Virus record (IMG/VR): IMGVR_UViG_3300042350_001802 | Coordinates: 63,228 to 127,227 of that record | Length of the DNA stretch: 64,000 nucleotides | Source of the DNA: a virus | Strand: one strand, 5' to 3' | Translations under genes and position numbers: made by a program | Shown: positions 60,359 through 64,000 of the stretch, in pieces | Numbering within the stretch: position 1 is the stretch's first letter | How the letters are laid out: the number at the start of each line of letters is the position of its first letter | Notes under the pieces: model-generated | Told to the model about the DNA's origin: nothing | Seen by the model: only the letters and a program-made list of their open reading frames with translations | Databases searched by the model: none

Positions 60359-60999
60359 ATCTGATCCAGACTCCTTTTCCTGAAAGTCAATACATTAAGG
60401 AAGAGCATCCTAAATCTCAGATATATTTACATCACACTGCAGGTAATTCTGATGGTGTTAATGTATTTAAACACTGGGAAGCTAATAAAGAAAGGATTGC
60501 CACCTGTGTATCTATATCTGGTAAAGGATCTGTAGATGGACAAATAGTACAAGGATTTAGTTCTAAGTACTGGGCATTCCATCTAGGATTAAAAGAAAGT
60601 ACATTCCAGAAACATGGAGTTTCTTATAGAAGTCTTGATAGAATATCTATAGGAATAGAGATATGTAACTGGGGTCAATTAAAAAAAGTTGGTGGTAAGT
60701 ATTTTAACTATGTTAATAGAGTGGTTCCTGAAGATGAGGTGATCCAATTAGACACCCCATATAAAGGATATGAATACTTCCACAACTACACTGATAAACA
60801 GATTGAATCTGTAAAAGATCTTCTACTTCTATGGAACAACCGCTATGGTATTCCATTAGATTACAATGAGGATATATGGGATGTTTCAAAACGTGCATTA
60901 AGAGGAGAGAAAGGAGTTTTCACCCACAATTCTGTCCGCACTGATAAGATAGACATCTACCCACATCCCAAGATGATAGAAATGCTTAAATCTCTATAA
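60355..60999 (+). CDS. Endolysin, N-acetylmuramoyl-L-alanine amidase (Amidase_2)
   Basis: YLHHTAG, WAFH, SIGIEICN and FTHNSVRTDKID motifs. Confidence 0.88.
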   Translation: MNLIQTPFPESQYIKEEHPKSQIYLHHTAGNSDGVNVFKHWEANKERIATCVSISGKGSVDGQIVQGFSSKYWAFHLGLKESTFQKHGVSYRSLDRISIGIEICNWGQLKKVGGKYFNYVNRVVPEDEVIQLDTPYKGYEYFHNYTDKQIESVKDLLLLWNNRYGIPLDYNEDIWDVSKRALRGEKGVFTHNSVRTDKIDIYPHPKMIEMLKSL

Positions 61000-61015
61000 T
61001 TTTAAAATTTGTTTT

Positions 61016-61555
61016 ATGAAACAACGTGCCTTCGTGCGTTATACTAAGTCTGGAAAGATTGTCCCAGGTAGTATGATTATAACGCAGGGTGACTATCCTA
61101 ACGGTCCTGCAACATGGGCTGAGGTGACTGTCGACCTATGCTGTGACAATCCGGTTGGACCAACCACACCGTCTAAAAAAATGGGTTGGGTTAGATATAC
61201 TAAAGCTGGTAAAATTGTACCAGGAAGTCTTATTATTACCGATGGCTACCCTAAAGGTAGTGGTGGTACATGGAAACGTGTAAGTATTGATCTATGTTGT
61301 GATGGTTTACCATCAAACTGTATTGAGTTTGTTGTAGACACTACAGAGGGTACATTCTTTAGTTTTAGCTTCAACACTTTAGGACCTATCAACTTCACTG
61401 TTGATTGGGGTGATGGTACTGTACATCCTGATGCAGGAGCTGGTGGATTCTATTTAGAAGAGCACACCTTCCCAGCAGATGACACTCAATATACCGTTAG
61501 AGTGTGCTTCGATGATATAAACAGTGTCACTGATCTTAACTTTTCTAACGACTAA
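61016..61555 (+). CDS. Virion decoration-like protein: two FVRYTK...DLCC repeats plus a PKD-like domain
   Basis: Tandem ~42-aa repeats; FTVDWGDG motif. Confidence 0.55.
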   Translation: MKQRAFVRYTKSGKIVPGSMIITQGDYPNGPATWAEVTVDLCCDNPVGPTTPSKKMGWVRYTKAGKIVPGSLIITDGYPKGSGGTWKRVSIDLCCDGLPSNCIEFVVDTTEGTFFSFSFNTLGPINFTVDWGDGTVHPDAGAGGFYLEEHTFPADDTQYTVRVCFDDINSVTDLNFSND

Positions 61556-61567
61556 AACTAAATAACT

Positions 61568-62188
61568 ATGTCACAAATAGTATCAATAACGGGTTTACAA
61601 AATCTTGTGAACCTAGATTATTTTAACGCAGACTTTAACAGTCTTCAAACTGTTAATCTGTCTAATCTTCCTAATTTAACATATGTAGATGTTAGTGACT
61701 GTGACTTTCCTGGAACAGGCATTTCTAGCTTAACATCTGTTAACTTTTCAGGATCTACAGGTATTACAGAGATTCGTCTTGATGATAGTGATTTCTCTGC
61801 AGGACTTCCTAATATCTCAGCACTTACAAATCTGTATTGGCTTGATGTAGATCAATGTAATCTACCTTCCTTAAATCTATCTGGATTGAGCAACTTATTT
61901 TTTGTAGACGCTTGGGGAAATGATAATATGACAACAATTGACATTACAGGATGTAGCAGTCTAGTAGAACTTTACCTGGATAGCTGTGCTTTAACACAGC
62001 AATCCGTTGATCATATACTTGCTGAACTTGATGATCAAGGTAACACAGGTGGTTATTTGGATATTAGTGATACTGGAAATGCTTATCCTTCTCCTGCAGG
62101 AATGGTGAGTCTTGCTAACCTTCAGGGTAAGGGATGGAGTATTTATTACAATGCTCCTCCAAGTACCACTACAACAACAACTATTTAA
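61568..62188 (+). CDS. Leucine-rich-repeat protein
   Basis: Repeated LxxLxxLDxxxC/NxL units; C-terminal LQGKGWSI and poly-T tail. Confidence 0.75.
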   Translation: MSQIVSITGLQNLVNLDYFNADFNSLQTVNLSNLPNLTYVDVSDCDFPGTGISSLTSVNFSGSTGITEIRLDDSDFSAGLPNISALTNLYWLDVDQCNLPSLNLSGLSNLFFVDAWGNDNMTTIDITGCSSLVELYLDSCALTQQSVDHILAELDDQGNTGGYLDISDTGNAYPSPAGMVSLANLQGKGWSIYYNAPPSTTTTTTI

Positions 62189-62209
62189 TAATCTTTAAAA
62201 CTAATAGTT

Positions 62210-62362
62210 ATGTCAGAGTTTAAATCATTTAAAGACTTCTATAACGGTCCTGATGAAAGAACCACCGAGCTCACTAAAGAGCAAAGAGAAGCAAAGAAAA
62301 AAGCTGAGAAAGAGTATTTGGAATATCTCAAAAGTGTAGCAGCACAAAGAAAACAATCTTAA
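62210..62362 (+). CDS. 50-aa charged helical protein (absent from the ORF track)
   Basis: Manual translation MSEFKSFKDFYNGPDERTTELTKEQREAKKKAEKEYLEYLKSVAAQRKQS. Confidence 0.55.
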   Translation: MSEFKSFKDFYNGPDERTTELTKEQREAKKKAEKEYLEYLKSVAAQRKQS

Positions 62363-62363
62363 T

Positions 62364-62741
62364 ATGAAACAAAGAGCATTTGTAAGATATACTAAAAGTG
62401 GAAAAATAGTACCTGGTAGTATGATTGTCACTCAGGGTTCTTACCCTGATAGACCTGCTTTATGGGCTGAAGTGTCTACAGACTTGTGCTGTGATGACCC
62501 TGCTTTTACTACTACAAGTAGAGTAAAAGGATTTGTTCGTTATACTAAATCAGGAAATATTGTACCTGGATCATTAATTTTATCTAAGTCTTACCCAAAA
62601 GGTGGTGGAATCTGGAGAGATGTCACTATTAATCTTTGTTGCGATCCTGGTCCTGAAGGGGACTTTTTACTATTAGAAAACAGCGTTCCTGGAGATTCTA
62701 ATTACCTATTACAAGAAGATAGTGATCGTATTATTCTTTAA
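62364..62741 (+). CDS. Paralogue of 61016: two FVRYTK...LCC repeats plus an acidic LLLEN/LLQED tail
   Basis: The N-terminus MKQRAFVRYTKSGKIVPGSMI is identical to that of 61016. Confidence 0.6.
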   Translation: MKQRAFVRYTKSGKIVPGSMIVTQGSYPDRPALWAEVSTDLCCDDPAFTTTSRVKGFVRYTKSGNIVPGSLILSKSYPKGGGIWRDVTINLCCDPGPEGDFLLLENSVPGDSNYLLQEDSDRIIL

Positions 62742-62761
62742 ATCTTTTAAATATAACCGTT

Positions 62762-63478
62762 ATGTCAGACAAAAAAATTAGTCAGTTAACCGCAGCAACT
62801 ACTCCTTTAACTGGAACAGAAATCCTTCCTATTGTACAGGGAGGACAGACAGTTAAAGTGAGTGCACAAAGTGTTGCAAATTTAGCACCAGCACAACTTC
62901 CTTCACAAAGTGGTAATGCAAATAAATATTTACAAACAAATGGTACTTCCGCAAGTTGGGACGCAGTTAATATAAGCACTGCGGATATTACTGGAACTTT
63001 ACCTATTGCAAATGGGGGTACTGGACAAACGAGTGCAAGCAGCGCAATCAACGCTTTGTTACCATCACAAACGGGGGAAAATGGTAAGTATTTAACAACA
63101 AATGGTACAACAGCTTCATGGGCAAATGTAAGTGCTGGTTATCCGACAATAGCTTTTGCAGTTACACTAACATCTGGTTTAGTTGGCACTACACAATTAA
63201 TAAATACAACAGGAGCAACCATAAGTATTACTAGTAGTACTAACATTATAACAGTTACATCATCGAGCAATATTTTTACATTAAATAAAACATTTTGTAC
63301 GTCTAATGCAATTAGAAGCACAAACGCTTTCACATTTGGAATTTTGACACCTATATTTCAAAGAAGCAATGACAGCAGTTGCACATTTGATGTATTTGCT
63401 AATGATGGTTCAGCAGCTAATATATCCCAAATAACAGCACCAGCAGTTTGGCAATTTGAAATTGTAATTTATCCTTAA
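62762..63478 (+). CDS. Fibre-like structural protein
   Basis: MSDKKISQL N-terminus, two LPSQxG..KYLxTNGTxASW repeats, GTLPIANGGTG, and a beta-rich tip. Confidence 0.7.
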   Translation: MSDKKISQLTAATTPLTGTEILPIVQGGQTVKVSAQSVANLAPAQLPSQSGNANKYLQTNGTSASWDAVNISTADITGTLPIANGGTGQTSASSAINALLPSQTGENGKYLTTNGTTASWANVSAGYPTIAFAVTLTSGLVGTTQLINTTGATISITSSTNIITVTSSSNIFTLNKTFCTSNAIRSTNAFTFGILTPIFQRSNDSSCTFDVFANDGSAANISQITAPAVWQFEIVIYP

Positions 63479-63488
63479 TACCTAAAAA

Positions 63489-63617
63489 ATGGCAAAAGGA
63501 AAAGCAGGTGGTGAATCTCGTAAGATCACCTTTGGTAAACGTAAAGGTGGGAAAGCTAGAAAGTCTAGCGGTCCTAAAGATAAAGCTGTCTCTAAGTATA
63601 GAGGACAGGGTCGTTAA
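63489..63617 (+). CDS. 42-aa highly basic protein ending KYRGQGR (absent from the ORF track)
   Basis: Manual translation MAKGKAGGESRKITFGKRKGGKARKSSGPKDKAVSKYRGQGR. Confidence 0.65.
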   Translation: MAKGKAGGESRKITFGKRKGGKARKSSGPKDKAVSKYRGQGR

Positions 63618-63638
63618 CGAATACTAAATGTATGGAAA

Positions 63639-63866
63639 GTGAACATGTTAAGAAAGCAAAGAAAGAAATTAACAACCTTAAGAGACGCATCCCTAATGCT
63701 AGCGATGTTCTTCCTACCGTTTGGGTACGACTTCCTTTTCAAACTGATAATGGAGGTAACTGGCTCATTCTGGGTAGCAGATCTTATCTTCTATGGAATC
63801 TCCGCTTCCTTCTTTGCATCCTATATCTTGTTGTCCAAGTACTTAAATAAAGAACGTACGTCTTAG
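63639..63866 (+). CDS. Small two-TM membrane protein
   Basis: LMLAMFFLPFGYD and LIFYGISASFFASYILL segments; start codon uncertain. Confidence 0.55.
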   Translation: MNMLRKQRKKLTTLRDASLMLAMFFLPFGYDFLFKLIMEVTGSFWVADLIFYGISASFFASYILLSKYLNKERTS

Positions 63867-63929
63867 GTTAACATTTACATAAGCTTACATACCCCCTCAA
63901 CATCTTCTGTAAGCTGCCTAAGCAAAAGT

Positions 63930-63961
63930 AAGGGTCCCACAATCGGGACCCTTTTCCTTTA
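63930..63961 (+). terminator. Rho-independent terminator
   Basis: aagggtccc-acaatc-gggaccctt followed by a T-rich tail. Confidence 0.8.
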
Positions 63962-64000
63962 CTACCAAGATATACCACCAAGATTCTTAGATGCTAACCA

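Noticed and set aside
63632-63850. Alternative-frame 72-aa ORF overlapping 63639-63866
   Set aside because: The other frame gives a more coherent two-TM protein; this one cannot be supported independently.
1-64000. Stop-codon reassignment, which is common in crAss-like phages
   Set aside because: Multi-kilobase ORFs are intact and tile the window under the standard code, and TAG and TGA both end plausible genes.
1-64000. CRISPR array, tRNA genes, integrase, or reverse transcriptase/DGR
   Set aside because: None was seen by eye and intergenic space is minimal. tRNAscan and repeat finders were not run.

Overview
This window is 64 kb of an AT-rich, gene-dense dsDNA phage genome with crAss-like (Crassvirales-type) organisation. 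The host is probably Bacteroidota, judged from A-rich leaders without Shine-Dalgarno sites and a TTG-N20-TAnnTTCG promoter. Bases 1-43381 (+) are a late/virion block: a 5'-truncated glycosyltransferase-like gene, a metallophosphoesterase, an IHF-like protein, tail ring proteins, a 1627-aa muzzle/tail-stabilisation protein, four modular xxxGG-punctuated cargo proteins and four large ejection proteins. One ejection protein is a virion RNA polymerase with the DFDID motif. Bases 43412-58943 (-) are a replication/accessory block: DnaA-CTD-like protein, replisome organiser, DnaB, AAA ATPase, primase, HNH, PD-(D/E)xK nuclease, family-B DNA polymerase, DUF932, dNMP kinase, a four-gene DUF cluster and a cyclic-phosphate receiver. 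Bases 59193-63960 (+) hold a lysis cassette and fibre/decoration genes. The most notable unexplained signals are: (1) the three giant ejection proteins are nearly cysteine-free except for Cys at their adjoining termini, suggesting a head-to-tail disulfide chain; (2) polyprotein-like cargo arrays punctuated by a recurring xxxGG motif; (3) a late 3'-UTR hairpin whose loop is exactly antisense to a 17-nt site in an opposite-strand 3'-UTR; (4) shared late-promoter/operator motifs and face-to-face promoters; (5) the His-rich four-gene DUF module. All family assignments come from motifs recognised by eye; no database searches were run.
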